Shown here: positions 12,091 through 27,748 of the stretch, piece after piece | Layout of the letters: every line of letters begins with the position of its first letter | How positions within the stretch are numbered: the first letter of the stretch is position 1 | Source of the DNA: Batkoa obscura | Taxonomy: Eukaryota | Assembly: GCA_030770535.1 (NCBI GenBank) | Contig: JASVEC010000029.1 | Span: 186,001-250,000 of the forward strand | Length of the DNA: 64,000 nt | Direction of reading: 5' to 3' | The notes under the pieces: model-generated | What the model was told of the DNA's origin: nothing | Seen by the model: only the letters and a program-made list of their open reading frames with translations | Databases searched by the model: none | Made by a program: the position numbers and the translations under genes

Positions 12091-12751
12091 TATAAACTTT
12101 ATAAAATTATTTTAAAAAAAGAGTTCTAAACACGAAGCGTATGCTAAAGAAAACAAATAATTTACAAACAATATTTAAACCACAAGCTGTAATATAAACT
12201 CAAAACTCATTAATAATCACATTTTATTTAAACTTGGGAAATTTAGGCTATATACCTCATCATTGTTACTAATTAAAATAAGTACATGATTCAAATCCTA
12301 ATCAAAAAATCAGATTACATTAAATTTTAAATGTTGGGTGGTAGTTACTCATAAAATCCCCACTGTAATTATTTCCATTTGTAGTAAAATAGCACCTTAA
12401 AACATGAAAATGGTTCTGGTTCCTAGGTTTCGCTTTGAAATAAAGATAACGTTAATTTTAAGCTAGTAAGATGAAATTGACTTATGATTTCAAATATTGA
12501 TAATAACTCCTATGTTATTCTAGAATAAAAGCATTCTATAATATTATACATTATATTGCTATTTACTATACAATTCCTCTTTCAAAAACTCTCTAATTAT
12601 TTAAAACACTTAATAAAAAACTTAACTTCATCTATCTTAACATAATAAAAAGACACTTGATTATAACCAAATAGTTAATTTTATTTAAATAAAAAATGGA
12701 GGAAAATATTATCTAGGAGAAAATCCAACGCAAGTATGTTAATCAAATTAT

Positions 12752-13456
12752 TTATATATTTCCAGTCATTGGTTGTTCTTTTTTACCAAACAACTTTTCT
12801 AATACATTAATAAACCCTTCACGACCCTAGAAAAATAAAGATAAATACCTTCATTAAAAAAGAGATAATATAAAATATTTACCTTAACAGCATTATCACT
12901 AAACCTCTGTATAGAAAACTCTTCAACATAGCTAGCTAATTTAGATATATTTCCTAAAGCTGTAAATTGAGCTTGTTGTTGGAATAAAGTTCTAAAATAA
13001 AATTAACACAATAATTTAATAATAACTAATATAACTCTTACCTTTCCGAGTTTTGCGGATCTGGTGTATAAGTAACGGTTTCTTTAATATTCATCAAATT
13101 GGTGTATGATAAATTATTGGTAGTAGCAACAAACTTTTTATTTTTTGAGTCAATTTCACATACTTCATGAACATAAGAGTGATCTGAACAGCCTAATACC
13201 TATAAAAAAAATCTTCAATAAATATTTATAAAACACAGTCACTTTAAATTACCTGTTTTAAAAGATAAGGTACATTTTGTTTTAAAGCAAATACTCTTTC
13301 TACTTTCAAAATACCAGTTGCTGGGTCTACTTTTTGTGATATGGTATCAATACTTAATACATGTTGAGCGTTATCGTTGGGATATTTTTTCCATACAGCA
13401 GTGGTCACATTCTCCCAAGAATGAGAGTATAAGTAATCGGATTCAAAAAATTTCAT
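12752..13456 (-). CDS. UPS2: PRELI/MSF1-family mitochondrial intermembrane-space lipid transfer protein (Ups2/Ups3-like), 4 exons
   Basis: MKFFESDYLYSHSWENVTTAVWKKYPND...HVLSIDTISQKVDPATGILKVER; later TTNNLSYTNLMNIKETVTYTPDP, TLFQQQAQFTA and FSDNAVKGREGFINVLE. Confidence 0.92.
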
Positions 13457-14671
13457 AATCGTTTATTATTTAATTTATTATTATTAAAAAAATAGATTAA
13501 GAACAAAAAAGAAGCAAAGATCTCAATTTATAAAGCTAACTCTTTATTTCTAGATTTATCTTTGGTTGGGTTGATATTTTTTTGATAAGGATCTAACCAA
13601 TCATTAAATAGAAGGAGAATTTGATCTTATTTGATTGGTCAATGATATCGCTTTTTAACCCCAAACTTTTTAAGAGTTAGGCTCATTTTAAGTCCATATT
13701 TTTTTTAATCAGCTTATTTTAATCACTTAAAGTAACTTTGAAATTAATCAATTTTCAAAGATCCACTTTTATGCCATTAAACTGTTAGGTTTGCAATTTC
13801 AGCTCGATGAGTCAAAGGAATGACATCATAATAAGTTCATCAAAGGTTTAACGATGATTTAAATGTTGAGTATATTTTAATTATTACTTAATGTGATTTT
13901 CTATTAAGTCAGCCTTTATCGTAATATATTTTTGCTGATTACTTGTGATATAATAGCTAAGTTTCAAGCTAATAGATGTTATTATTTAAAATATAAGAAT
14001 TATTTTTTTATTTATTTTATAACAAATCTGTATGTTTAATAATTCATCATAATTTTGAGTAAACATAAAAATGATTCAAACTTTTAGATATAAAACTGTG
14101 ACATCAAAGCTTCATGAGCTTTTTTAAAAATAAACTGGAAAAAATTAATCGGAGTTTATTTTAGCATAATATTCATACCGATACTGGATTAATCTTATCT
14201 TTTTAAAAGCTATAAAAATTATATTGCTTTCGTTTTTGTTCTAACAATATTTATTAATAGTTTTATTATGTAATGAATAGTTTAGTTAACTAAAAATAGT
14301 CAAGTTTAAATTTGTTTAAAATAATGTTAAATTTATCATATTCAAAGTTTTATAAGGTGAAGTGGTGACTTAAATTAAATAAATTATAAAAGCCTTATTG
14401 ATTTAGACATTACAGAATCTGAATATTTACTTAGTAACTTCTTAATATTAAGTCATAAAACATTTTGGTTAAAAATTTAGTTTATTTATAAAAAGAATAT
14501 AAAAAGAATATAAAAAGAATATTAAAATCAATTCCGTCTATGTATAGTTAATTTTAACTAAATTTCATTGACTTACATTTAACTTAACTATCAATTGATA
14601 GCATTTACAAAAAACATTCAAAAGCATCTCAAAAATTAAACTCCTTTTATTAAACCCTAAACTCCCTTTTA

Positions 14672-17195
14672 TTAATGTCTAATAATCTTAACCTTCTTTT
14701 TAACTTTCTTTGGTTTAACTTTAGCTGGTTCTTCCCTAAAAATATCAAACTACATTAGCCACCTCATTTATAAAACAAAATAATCCAAAACTTACACTTT
14801 AGGAGCAGGAGCAGAAGCAGCTACTTCCTTTGTTGCAGCAGTAGTACCTTGACTACCACGAATTTGTTTATTCTTTTTATTTTTATTACGATAATAACTT
14901 CGATCTTTCATTGGTAACCAACGTTGTAAATCAATCTTAATACCACTATTGATATTTTTAGGTGGCTTGTTATGTCGATGATTCTTTCTCTTTTTACTAA
15001 TTGGAACACGTGGTTCTCTAATTATTATTATAACTAATCATTACCTAATATATATGTATTATTAAACTTACAAAGTAGTTAATTTTTGCCCAAATTTAAT
15101 ATCCGAGAATCTAGCTTCTAAAGCTGAAATATCTTCTAGAATCTTTGGCTTCGGTAATTGATTTAAATATTGATCTGCTTTATCAGGATCAGTTAATGAT
15201 AAAGCTTTAATCAATCCTGATAAGGCATCAATATCATTGGGATTGTGATCTAATAATAATTGATAATCCATAGCAGCTTCATTCGCTTGTTTATTTTTAA
15301 ATTTATTTTCGGCCATTTTACGTTGAACTATACTTTCATATTGGGACTATTAAAGTAGATTATTAATAACTAAATAAAATATAAAGTTAAATATAATATA
15401 GTATTACTGAGTAAGGTGAATTGGCTTGGTGAGCTTGATGAAGTAAAGTTTCTGCTTTACTATCATTATTTGTAAGTTGATATAACCATAATAAAGTGCC
15501 AATTAACCCAGGTAAATATTTTTCATTTGGATTTTCTAATTTTGAATATAATGCTTCAAGTGTATTAATAGCTAATTCATATTGTTTCTCTTTGACATAA
15601 AGATGAGTTAAGGCTAATGATGCTTGGATATCTTGACCATTGTTTCTAGTATAATTCTATTGATTTATTTATATGCTAATTAAATATTATTAGAATGTAA
15701 TAATAAAACTTACTTTAATTTCATTAATAGCCTTAATATTATCGCCTTGAATAATAAAATTCGAAGCCGTAACAATAATTTGGACATTTGATTGATGATC
15801 TAATTTTTGAATTTTACGGGCTATATTAGATGCATTTGGTAGCTAAAAAATAATATAAGATTACTCATTAATCAATCAATTAAAAACTCAATAATTACCA
15901 TATGTAACTGTAAATACAAAGCAATTTGATTTTTTAAAATCGAAATTTTTTGTAATTTAGTTAATCGATGAAAAGAAGTTCCACTTAACGTTTGATTTAA
16001 TTTATAAGCTTGTTCTAATAAAGATAACTTTTCTTGATTCATTACTATTAAATTATTATTGATAACTACTTTTGTTGGTTCATCTACAGAGCTAAAGATT
16101 ATATTAATATTAATTTTTGAATTACTTTTATAATACTGAATCATCACTTACTTTTGTTTCAATACATTTTCATAAATTTCCAGGCTTTTTTCTACATCTC
16201 CTTGAATATGTTTTAAATAAGCTAATTGAATTAAAATTGGGGCTAATTCTTGATTGATTTCTTGTTCCGAACAATCACTGGATTTTAATGTATTACGACA
16301 TAATTCTATAAAAAAAGAACTATTAAATATTTTAGCACATAATTAACTTATATCCTTACTTTCAGCTTCATTTAAAAGGCTCTGGGTAGATTGATAATCA
16401 CCTTTAGCCATATTAATAATTGCAGTGTTATATATTAATTCATAGGTTTTTGTTTTCCCAATAGCTAACTCCTAAAATATTAAAATACTATAAAAAATGA
16501 GTATGATTGTACAAATAATTGATTTTACCTCTCCTTTAATATAATAACTCTTTTGACAAGCGGAAGCATAAGCAGCTTGATAATTAGTTAATAATTCAAT
16601 ATAATCTGGATGATTCTAAAACATTAATAAATAATTAATAAAAATGATATTACAACATCTACTACCTGTTGAGTATTTTGTAATAATTCGTTATAAAGCC
16701 TTAAACAAGTTTCAAAATCTTCTGTTTTTAAAGTCTAATAATTCCATCCATTAATATTTAATAAAATCTAATTCTAAATTAACTTACAATTTGAGCCAAT
16801 AATTTTTTATACTCTCTAGTTTCAATCAATTTTGAATTCTTGATCAATTTCTCAGCTTCCTCTCCTTTATTAACTCTATATAAACAATATCCTTTTGGAT
16901 ATTCTAAATCAAATTTATTACTACCCTTTTCCTTTTCCAAAATTTCAATCAATTTTAATGCTAAATGAAACTTCTCTTCTCTTATTAAAAGTAATAATTT
17001 ACAATATAAACCATTAAGATCTGTTGGGTTGGATTTTAAAACTGTAATAATAAATACAAAATTGAGTTTATAAATTAAAATTGAACTAAATGGATAATTT
17101 AATTATTAATTACCATCTTCTACCAACGATAGCGCTGTTTTAATATCTGAGTTCCTTATAGCTGATTCGATATTGCTGTATTCGACTTTACTCAT
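14672..17195 (-). CDS. SRP72: Signal recognition particle subunit SRP72, multi-exon
   Basis: TPR-rich body (YELIYNTAIINMAKGDYQ, EINQELAPILIQLAYLKHIQG, YLPGLIGTLLWLY) and C-terminal RNA-binding motif KKRKNHRHNKPPKN...DLQRWLPMKDRSYYRNK...GSQG. Confidence 0.92.
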
Positions 17196-17326
17196 CTTTT
17201 TTTAAAAAATTAAAAATTAAAAATCAATCTTGAAGAGTCCAATTAAATGTGACAAAGTAGTGTAGGTTTGTTTTAAAATCGTGAGTTTGAAGTTGTATAT
17301 ATAAATAAAAAATTGTTATGTAGTAT

Positions 17327-17398
17327 GGTTCCATGGTGTAATGGTTAGCACCCAAGGTTTTGATCCTTGTAATCCGAGTTCGATTCTCGGTGGGACCT
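17327..17398 (+). tRNA. tRNA-Gln(TTG)
   Basis: 72-nt cloverleaf: acceptor GGTTCCA/TGGGACC, anticodon arm CAAGG-TTTTGAT-CCTTG, T arm CCGAG-TTCGATT-CTCGG; followed by a T-run (Pol III terminator). Confidence 0.97.
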
Positions 17399-17446
17399 TT
17401 TGATTATTATTTTATTTACAAATTCGATTAAGCTATTTTTTGCCTA

Positions 17447-17551
17447 TATGGGGGTGTTTTTTTTGGTTTCATTATTTTTTACACTTTTTAAGCGCTATTT
17501 GAGTGGAAAGATTGTTAGTAAAATTCTTAAGCAAAAAAATACATCCCCATA
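17447..17551 (-). mobile_element. MITE family A copy 5
   Basis: Near-consensus copy about 50 bp downstream of the first tRNA-Gln. Confidence 0.9.
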
Positions 17552-18255
17552 TATATTTTACTTAATACAAATATTTATATTATTTTGACTAATTTGGATC
17601 AACAACTCAATCATTAATTTTATAATATTTATGTTAAATAGCCAATTACATACTGAAACATTTAGTTTTAATTAAAGAGACAGTTATTTATGTAAAAATT
17701 ATTAACAACATTAAAAATTATGTTTAATTAATAACTATAATATTTTTGTTTTATTCAATGTAATTTTATTAAATTAATTATTAAGGTATTTAACTTTAAA
17801 TAAATATAATAACGCTAACATAGCCTCTACCCTTATATAATTTGGTTATATATAAGCAGTGATTTATTACAAACATTCTACTTATAATGCAACTTAGTTG
17901 AAAAAAAGTACACCAACCAATAGATGTTATTTTAACTATTATATTTCTATAAACTTATTGACTCCTTTAGGGGCAATAACATTATAACAATGGTGTATAA
18001 AAACCAAACTAAAATCAATTTAAAACTAACCAAATTTCTAATATAAAGCTTACAGATTGCCCAAACTAGGCTCTAAATTTTATGATCTTACCCTCTCCTT
18101 TTGTCTGTTTTTATAGCTTGTATATCTTTTCTAAAATTAGTGACTGTTCTTTCATGCCTTACGCTCCATCTTTACCTTCTGCTATTACCAAACATCACAG
18201 ATATAGTTTGTAAGTTTATATAGAAATCTAATTATATTTCAAGCAAATTGAAGCT

Positions 18256-18327
18256 GGATCCATGGTGTAATGGTTAGCACCCAAGGTTTTGATCCTTGTA
18301 ATCCGAGTTCGATTCTCGGTGGGTCCT
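18256..18327 (+). tRNA. tRNA-Gln(TTG), second isodecoder
   Basis: Identical to 17327-17398 except acceptor pair 3:70 (GGATCCA/TGGGTCC). Confidence 0.96.
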
Positions 18328-18669
18328 TGTGTATCTATTTATTATGTCCACAACTTATATTTTTAGCTTGATCTAGTTTTTAATTTATTTTAATAAATTT
18401 ACTTTCATTAGTTTTTATATATATCTTAAATAAATTGAAGGATTTTAACAAGAATATAGTTTAAGTAAAGTTTATTTTTTTATAAAATATAATTTAAAAA
18501 ATAATTACTATTTAAAATAGTGGTTTTATTTTTTATTCCAACTTGAAATTGAATTTCTAAATTCATTTAAATTGAAAATGCTAAATTTGAACTAGTTACT
18601 ATTTCCTCAATCTCATCAACATTTAAAAAATCAAATCAGTTCAATTGATTCAACCTTTTCCTTTATAAG

Positions 18670-20366
<1,697 letters not shown>

Positions 20367-20499
20367 GATGAGATGAAAATTAAATTGAAGTGATCGTTGT
20401 CTATTTATAAATAAATGTAATAAAATAACTCAGTTTAAATAAATATTTATAACTTTTATTTTATTTCATTCTATTTTTATTTTGTATTTGTTTTATTTA

Positions 20500-21632
20500 T
20501 TAGTTATATTTAACTAGCATAATCCCATCCCAACTTGGTAATATAAAAGAATTGGTACGTTGATCATTGATTACTTTTTTATTAAATTCATTTAATTTAT
20601 AAGCTATACCTTTTTTAACAATATTATTATTACTATTATTACTATTATTATTATCTTCTATCTTTGGTACTTCACCATGAAATAAAACTATTAAAATATT
20701 AATTATTATTAATTACATAACATATATTAATAATATTAATAATATAATAAGATATTTAATTAATTCAACATAGAACTTACCATTATCAATTACTAGTAAA
20801 CCATTTTTTGTTAATAATTTTTTCTTAATAATTAAATCATAATAGGCCCAATATTTAGATTTATTAGCATCTAAAAAAATTAATTTAATTTCAATATTTT
20901 TAAAATCAATTAAATGCCTTTCAATTTACCTAAAAATATCAAATCAAACTTTAATTCTTTAGACATATTTAATAAACTAAAAAATATATATTGAAAGTTT
21001 AATTATTTCACTTTCAATTTAAATAGTTAACTATACCATATCTCAATATCTTGATTAATTAACTTGATTTCCAAGTCTTCATTTCTTTCTTTAATTAAAT
21101 AAGATTCTGCTATTTTTAAAGCTTCTAGATTGATATCCACACCAATAAATAATTTTTGTTTTTCTTTAATATTAAAATCCCATTCTCCTTTAACAAGTCC
21201 TTGATCTCCAACACTTTTACATTGATTATGTTCTTTTATCATGTTCTGCGTTTCCCAACTCCATGTTTTATCTGTTTCATTTGTTTTATTGAAATTCTCC
21301 AAAATTTTAATACTTTCCTTCATACCACTTATTAAATAACTGCTTGAATATCCAGTGAATGTACCCAATTCTAAGATTTTATTAATCTCTTTGTTAGAAC
21401 TTAAAAACTTTAAATAAGAACCCAAATTTTTTGAGATCATTTTAGATACTTCTTTAGAAGAATAATGAGATTGAGTCGATTTTAATATGAGATTATCGAG
21501 GGAAGTGGAGGTAGTAGGGACTTTTACATTTTCATAATAATCTTCGGTTGAGGTGCTAGATGTATGTACTTGTCGATGGAAGAATAGTAAATTTGGGGTC
21601 AAAAATTTGCTTATTTTTTGGATCCTATACAT
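20500..21632 (-). CDS. Class I SAM-dependent O-methyltransferase (CCoAOMT/COMT-like, Methyltransf_3), 3 exons, possibly mitochondrial
   Basis: KILELGTFTGYSS, LIFLDANKSKYWAYY, GLLVIDNVLFHGEV, FNKKVINDQRT..ILPSWDGIMLV. The N-terminus is basic/hydroxylated and lacks acidic residues. Confidence 0.88.
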
Positions 21633-21791
21633 TTTAAAGAAACTTTTTTGTTATTTTTAAAAATATCAATTTTTTATTATTTTAGAATCTTAATACATTT
21701 GAATTTTATGAAAAATACGTCATCAAACCAATAGTTATCATTTATTTATTTTTTATTTATTTTTATTATAAATTAACTATAAAATAAAAAC

Positions 21792-21897
21792 ATAAGGGAA
21801 TATCCTATTTTATTTAAGAAATTTATCAATAATTTTTCCTCTCACATAGCGCGCTCAAAAATAGAAAAAGTGATGAAACTAAAAAAACACCCCTATA
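21792..21897 (+). mobile_element. MITE family A copy 6 (degenerate)
   Basis: ...atagaaaaagtgatgaaactaaaaaaacacccctata right end; left end eroded. Confidence 0.78.
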
Positions 21898-21996
21898 AAT
21901 TATCTTAATTTGATATCTTTTTTCGTATATTTATTTATTTATTAATATTATATATACAAAACAACACAACTAAAGAAATTCTTCTTTCTCTACTCT

Positions 21997-24900
21997 TCAG
22001 ATCCAAACATTAACATTCATATTATCTTCTTCAGCTAATAAAAATATTACATATAATTCTCTATTATTAACTATGTATACTTTCATTCTTATTTTTTGTT
22101 GGTGATGAACTATTTCCATTTGGGTTATTATCATTCTGTAAATTTAAATTGGTATTATTTGTGTTTGTATTTGTATTATTCTCCTCTAATTTAATCTGCC
22201 TTTGATTATTATTTAAATTATCATTATCAATAATTAAATCTTTATTCAATGTATTTTCTAATGATGATAAATTTTCTTGAATTACATTCATTTTATTTTC
22301 TCTATAAAAAACAAAATTAGTTAATTAATATATTATTAACACAAATTGTTATTATTATTATTATCAATTAGATAAACTTACTCTATAATATTATCACCCA
22401 ATTCATTTTCATTTAAACTAAATAACTCAACAATGTTAGGATCATAAATACCTTCTAAATTTAAATTCGTTTCGTTTTGTTGAAACATATTCTCCATGTT
22501 TAAATTAATCGAATTAGGATCAAATACATTATTAATAGTATTTATATCTAAATTCATTTGATTAGGATCAAATACATTATTCATATTATTTAAATTATCT
22601 AAATCATTTAAATTTAAATTTAAATTTGCATTATTTATATTTTCCATAGCTAAATTTGTATCATTTAAATTATTATTGTTATTATTATTATTAAAGATAA
22701 ATTCATTATTATTATTATTAGCCATAATAAATTCCATATTTTCATCTACATCATTAGATAAATCTAAATCTAAATCTAAATTACTACTATTATTATTATC
22801 ATTATTATTATTATTATTATTTAATTCTGGGTCATTTAATTCACTAATATCAAATTCATCTAATCCAAATGCAATATCTTTATATGGATTGTCTTCTTCT
22901 TCTTCTTCTTCTTCTTCTTGACTTTCTAAACTCCCATTTTCTTGACTATTTGATATTGATTTTTTAGTTGGCCTAACTTCTGAATCAGGTAACGGTCGCT
23001 CTCTTTTATTATTATATAACTCATTCTCTTCACTAATAATAATAATAATAATAATTAATATTTTAATATTAAAAATAACATAAAATAGAAACTTACTCAT
23101 AATGTTCTGGATCCGAATTTTGATGATAACTATTGTAGGATTCACTATCTAATAACGCTTCAATTATATTTTCATTACTATCTTCTTCTTCTTCGAATTC
23201 TCTTTCATCATCTAATTCTAAATCCTCTTCATTTATTTCTACGCCTTCTCCTTCTCCATTTACCTCTTCTCCTTCTTCTTCTTCTCCATCACTCTCCTCA
23301 TATTCACCATCGTCATATTCATCAGGATCATATTCAGACACCAAAGAAGTAAGTACGGAAGTAGCATCTGATTCAATATCTTCATAAGAGGTATTATTAT
23401 CTGTAAGTGGAGCTAAACCTTCTCTCATCTCGTCTTGATCCCTATAAAATTCAGGTGTAGTAGGAATAAAGTTACCATCGGCAGAAGCTGTGGTTAAGAG
23501 TTTATTTTCAGCTGTATTGGGACTTTTGAATTTTTTAGAAGTGACCATTGGACTTGAATTGTTTGGTAAACCTTCTAATTTATATTTGAATTCTTTTAAA
23601 TGCTTCCATTTTTTTATACAATCATAAAACCATTCGATTTTTATAATTGATACTTCATTCCTCATTAAGGCTGTTTTTACTTTTTCTGTGTTGGGCTAAT
23701 TATAAATTATTAGTTTAAATTTTATAATAATAAGAAGCTTACCTTATTAGCAACTAAATGAGTAACATGAGAAGTGAATGATTCTACATATTCAGCCCCA
23801 TAAAATTGAGCTAACCTTATTGTTTCATCTTTTTGATAACTATTTCCCAATGGAAACATACCAGAAAACATGATAAAACAGTTTTTAAATACATTATTTC
23901 TTAATCCTGTTAATATTGTAGCTACATCTGGTAAAGCTCTTGCTTCTTGATTAGAATTTAGATAAGCTAATGCATCGGCTATATTTAATTCATGATTTTT
24001 ATAAAATTCTTTATGAACTTTTAAAATTGTCTAACATATGGTTATTATTATTAAATTAATTTTATAAATTTGTTAAATAATTACCTTTAAAGTATATTTT
24101 AAATGATCATCATTATCAACGAACATAGGGGAGTTTTCTTTTTCATCTAAATAGAATAGAAATTAATTTCAATGTTTAAAAATATTACTTTTATTAACGT
24201 TTCAATCGCTAATGTAAGCTATTTAATATCCAAAAGAATAAAATTGAATGAATGGAAAATAAAGGTTTCTAAATCATTGCATTCTTTTTATAATTAACTT
24301 AAATTCAGCGACAAACAAATTAAATTTACCTTTATTATTATTATTGTCTTCTTGTCTAGGCTCAATAATCCTTGGATTTGTAGTTTCTGTTTTTAATACA
24401 GGCTATTTAATTTAATTTTAGGTATTATTATTTTATATATTGTAAAAAAATATACCGTGCTCTTAAATTGTTCTCCATTTATATCTCCATTTCCAAAAAA
24501 ATCATCTAAATAAATCAAATCAATATTTAAATATATAATATAATATAATATAATATAATATAATATTACAAGGCCAAACTCTAACAATATTAGGAACCCA
24601 ATCCCAAACATCGTACCTATCATCTACTACAACTACCATAGATTTACCAACTGGGAATAATCTTTCAATTGTTTTTTTCTTATCTGATCCACTTTCATCT
24701 CTTGATATAATTCTATCACCAAAATAAATTTTATTTGGATCAATAACATTACACACTTGTTCTGCATAATTCCTTGTTCCCATTGTATATACATGAATTT
24801 CATATCGACGATATAATGAATTTAAAAAATCGCTTAATCCAGGACTATTATTATTATTAGTTTTATTTTAAAATATTAAATATTCTTATTCTTACCGAGG

Positions 24901-25759
24901 TTTAATATAATAAGTATTTGGATCAGGTGGTGAAAGTTGAAATGTCTTTATATCCTATAACATTATAATTAATAAATTATTATAATAATAATAAAATAAT
25001 TAATTTACTTTTAACGCTTCATAATTTGGATTATCCACATCTTTCATATATTCACCAATTATTGGGTTGGTATTAGCTTGAATAACCGTTTGATCCAAAT
25101 CAAGTATAAGTATAAGTCTTTTTCGTGTTAATAAATCAATCATATGTTTTTTCCCCTCTTCTTTAGCTTTCTATAAATTTAAAATAAGTAAAATAAAATG
25201 ATAAATAATTTGCATAATAAACTTACATGTAAACTTATCCTTAATTCATTGGAATCATGTGAAACAGGTATAAATTCATCTGTATATTGAAGGTCAAGAT
25301 CCAAACTAAAATATTAATATTAAATAGAACTTTTAATCAATTTATAATGAATTCTTACTCATTTATATCTTTTCCACAATGACCACACATACCATGGAAT
25401 ATTATTGAGTGATTACAATCGACTTTTAATGTGAATGCTGGATGTCTATTAAATGTTAATTCCAAATTATCAAATGAATATAATTAAATTTACTCTGGAT
25501 ATTCAATAATATCATCTTCTTTAATAGAAACATCATGGATAACACCATCCGTCCTCGCCTTAAAATAATCAAACATCGTTTTAACACCCACTTGTTTCAT
25601 GGGACCAAAAGGATCTTCAGTAATACATTTCATCACGGGTAAATCATATTCATATAGTACAATATTATCATCTTTTTTAACTTTATCACCCACTTGACAT
25701 AATACTTCTCGTATTAATACGGGGTAATATTCACTTTTAAATACAAGTTGAGTAAACAT
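21997..25759 (-). CDS. FCP1: RNA polymerase II CTD phosphatase FCP1 (FCPH + BRCT + acidic/Asn-rich tail), multi-exon
   Basis: RKRLILILDLDQTVIQA (DxDxT motif), YYIKPRPGL, YELHVYTMGTRNYA-type motif, YFGDRIISRDES, KTIERLFP..SMVVVVDDRYDVW, BRCT (FSGMFPLG...VTHLVA...IEWFYDCIKKW). The 3' end is uncertain: stop at 22067, or at 21997 via a last intron. Confidence 0.93.
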
Positions 25760-26724
25760 TAAATATTTTGATTTTTTTTTAAATTATATTATGCTGTTTT
25801 TATACTTTTTTTTAAGATTCTAGTTTTAAATGTTGATTAATTGATTGGTAGATTTTGTTGAGTTCCAAACTGGTTCATGCATAAATATTATTTTAATTTC
25901 ATTGGTTATTAAGAATCACTTGGACAAATAATTTTTATTTATTTAATAAATTCCCCTTACTTAGGAGCGCGTTATTTCAATACCATTGAATTAATTTCAA
26001 TCAATTATAACTTAATTGATATGATCTTATAATCATTTATTACATAAACTCTATCACTCATCCATATACTCAATTTCTCTTCCTTTTAACTCTTTTAGTT
26101 TAAATATTCGTAAGCATTTTCAATCAAAATTTAACACTTTATCATTGGCTCAATAAATATTTTCAATTTTATGAGGAATTGTTACGTTGAATAGAATTTT
26201 ACTTCCATGTGGTTTTTTATTGAGCAAATTAAAAAGAAGCTTTTATCGATTCAATTTAAAAGTAAATTAAAGATTTAAATTTGTATTTTATTGAGTAAAA
26301 AAATAGAAAAATTAACTTGAATTAAACTCAGAAAATATAAAATTAAATTTATTCAATCTACATTTAAATTGAATTAAGATCATTGAAGTAATTTAAATCT
26401 AATTTTTGGGCAGATATTTTAACCCAATTTTAAAGGGTGAGATTATGGGGTTACACTTATTTTTCAATTTCATAAACTTGATGAGTATAAAAATCATTAA
26501 GGTTGATTTGTTGAATTTTGTTTATTGGTAAAGATTGATGTAATTTATAAATTGAGATCAACCATTTTTAATGTTATCCATTAATAAGCTGAGAAATTTT
26601 GCATTTGAAAATATACACCAATGATATACAATATAATTACTTTTAGAATGGATTATTTGTATCAATAATATAGATAGATAGTTTTGTACATTTATTAGAT
26701 CATTTTTGAATATTGTCAACTAAA

Positions 26725-27009
26725 ATGAGTGGATTTCGAGGCAAAGCACCTTTATTAATTGCTGTATTAGTTGGTGTTATTTCAGGCAATTATATCTTTC
26801 AACCTATTATTCAAGAAGCTGCAAGGTGATTATTTGTTTATTTTGATAATTGTGAATTGAATTAACTAAATTTACATAGGAATAATGATTTAGTCCCTAA
26901 AGAGAATAAAAAGGAAGAAGGAAATCAAAAAATAGAAATCATTAAAACAGAAGCTAATGTAAATAGTGATCAAAATAAAACTCAAACTCAAAGTAAATCT
27001 ACAGAATAA
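26725..27009 (+). CDS. PIGBOS1: PIGBOS1-like single-TM microprotein (76 aa), 2 exons (26725-26825, 26880-27009)
   Basis: MSGFRGKAPLLIAVLVGVISGNYIFQPIIQEAARNNDLVPKENKKEE...; 54-nt GT-AG intron with a CTAA branch-like site; G..GxYIFQP motif recalled from human PIGBOS1. Confidence 0.8.
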
Positions 27010-27344
27010 TAAGGTTAAAATAATCAACTAAATAGATATGAATATTTAATAAAAAAAGTACAGTATTTAGTTATCTTTTTGAAATTAACTTCTAATGATA
27101 TTATAAAGCTCTTAAACTTGATTCTATGTGTTTTTACAAATGTTAAAGAACAGAAGTAATAAAAATCAACTTTTAGTACTTTTAGATTTCAGAAATTGTA
27201 AAATTTATTCAATTACTAATTTTTTAAATTTTTAAAAAAAAGAAATTATTTTAAAAAACATAAACCTTTTTCAATACTTGAAGTTTTATTAAAAACTTAT
27301 TCACTCTAAATCTTTAATCATAACATAAAGCTCACTTCTTCAAT

Positions 27345-27696
27345 TTAAAGCTCATCATGTTCAATGATATTATCATCTCCTCTTTTTTCATTTTCAATAT
27401 CTTTCTCTTCACAAGCAGCAGGTGTGGTCATATGAAAATGATATTCACATTTCTCAGGTTCAGTAATTTCAGTAATTAATTCTTCAATACCACAAGTTAA
27501 GAAGAGCTAAAATAAATAAAAAGTTCAATAAGATAAATAATTGAATTTGTTTGTTAAATAGTTGATTATTAAGTAGAATTCTAGATATTTACCTTAACCG
27601 ATCTTTGAGGACCATTCCAACATTGAGTACCACCAGTATAATCTTGTTGTTGATAAGATTTATTAGACCAAGATGAAAATTTACTAAATAATTTCA

Positions 27697-27748
<52 letters not shown>

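Noticed and set aside
10088..18327. Stop-codon reassignment (TAA/TAG = Gln), suggested by in-frame TAG/TAA in the pseudogenes and the nearby tRNA-Gln genes
   Set aside because: Intact genes end in TAA/TAG, both tRNAs have the normal TTG anticodon, and the pseudogenes also carry frameshifts.
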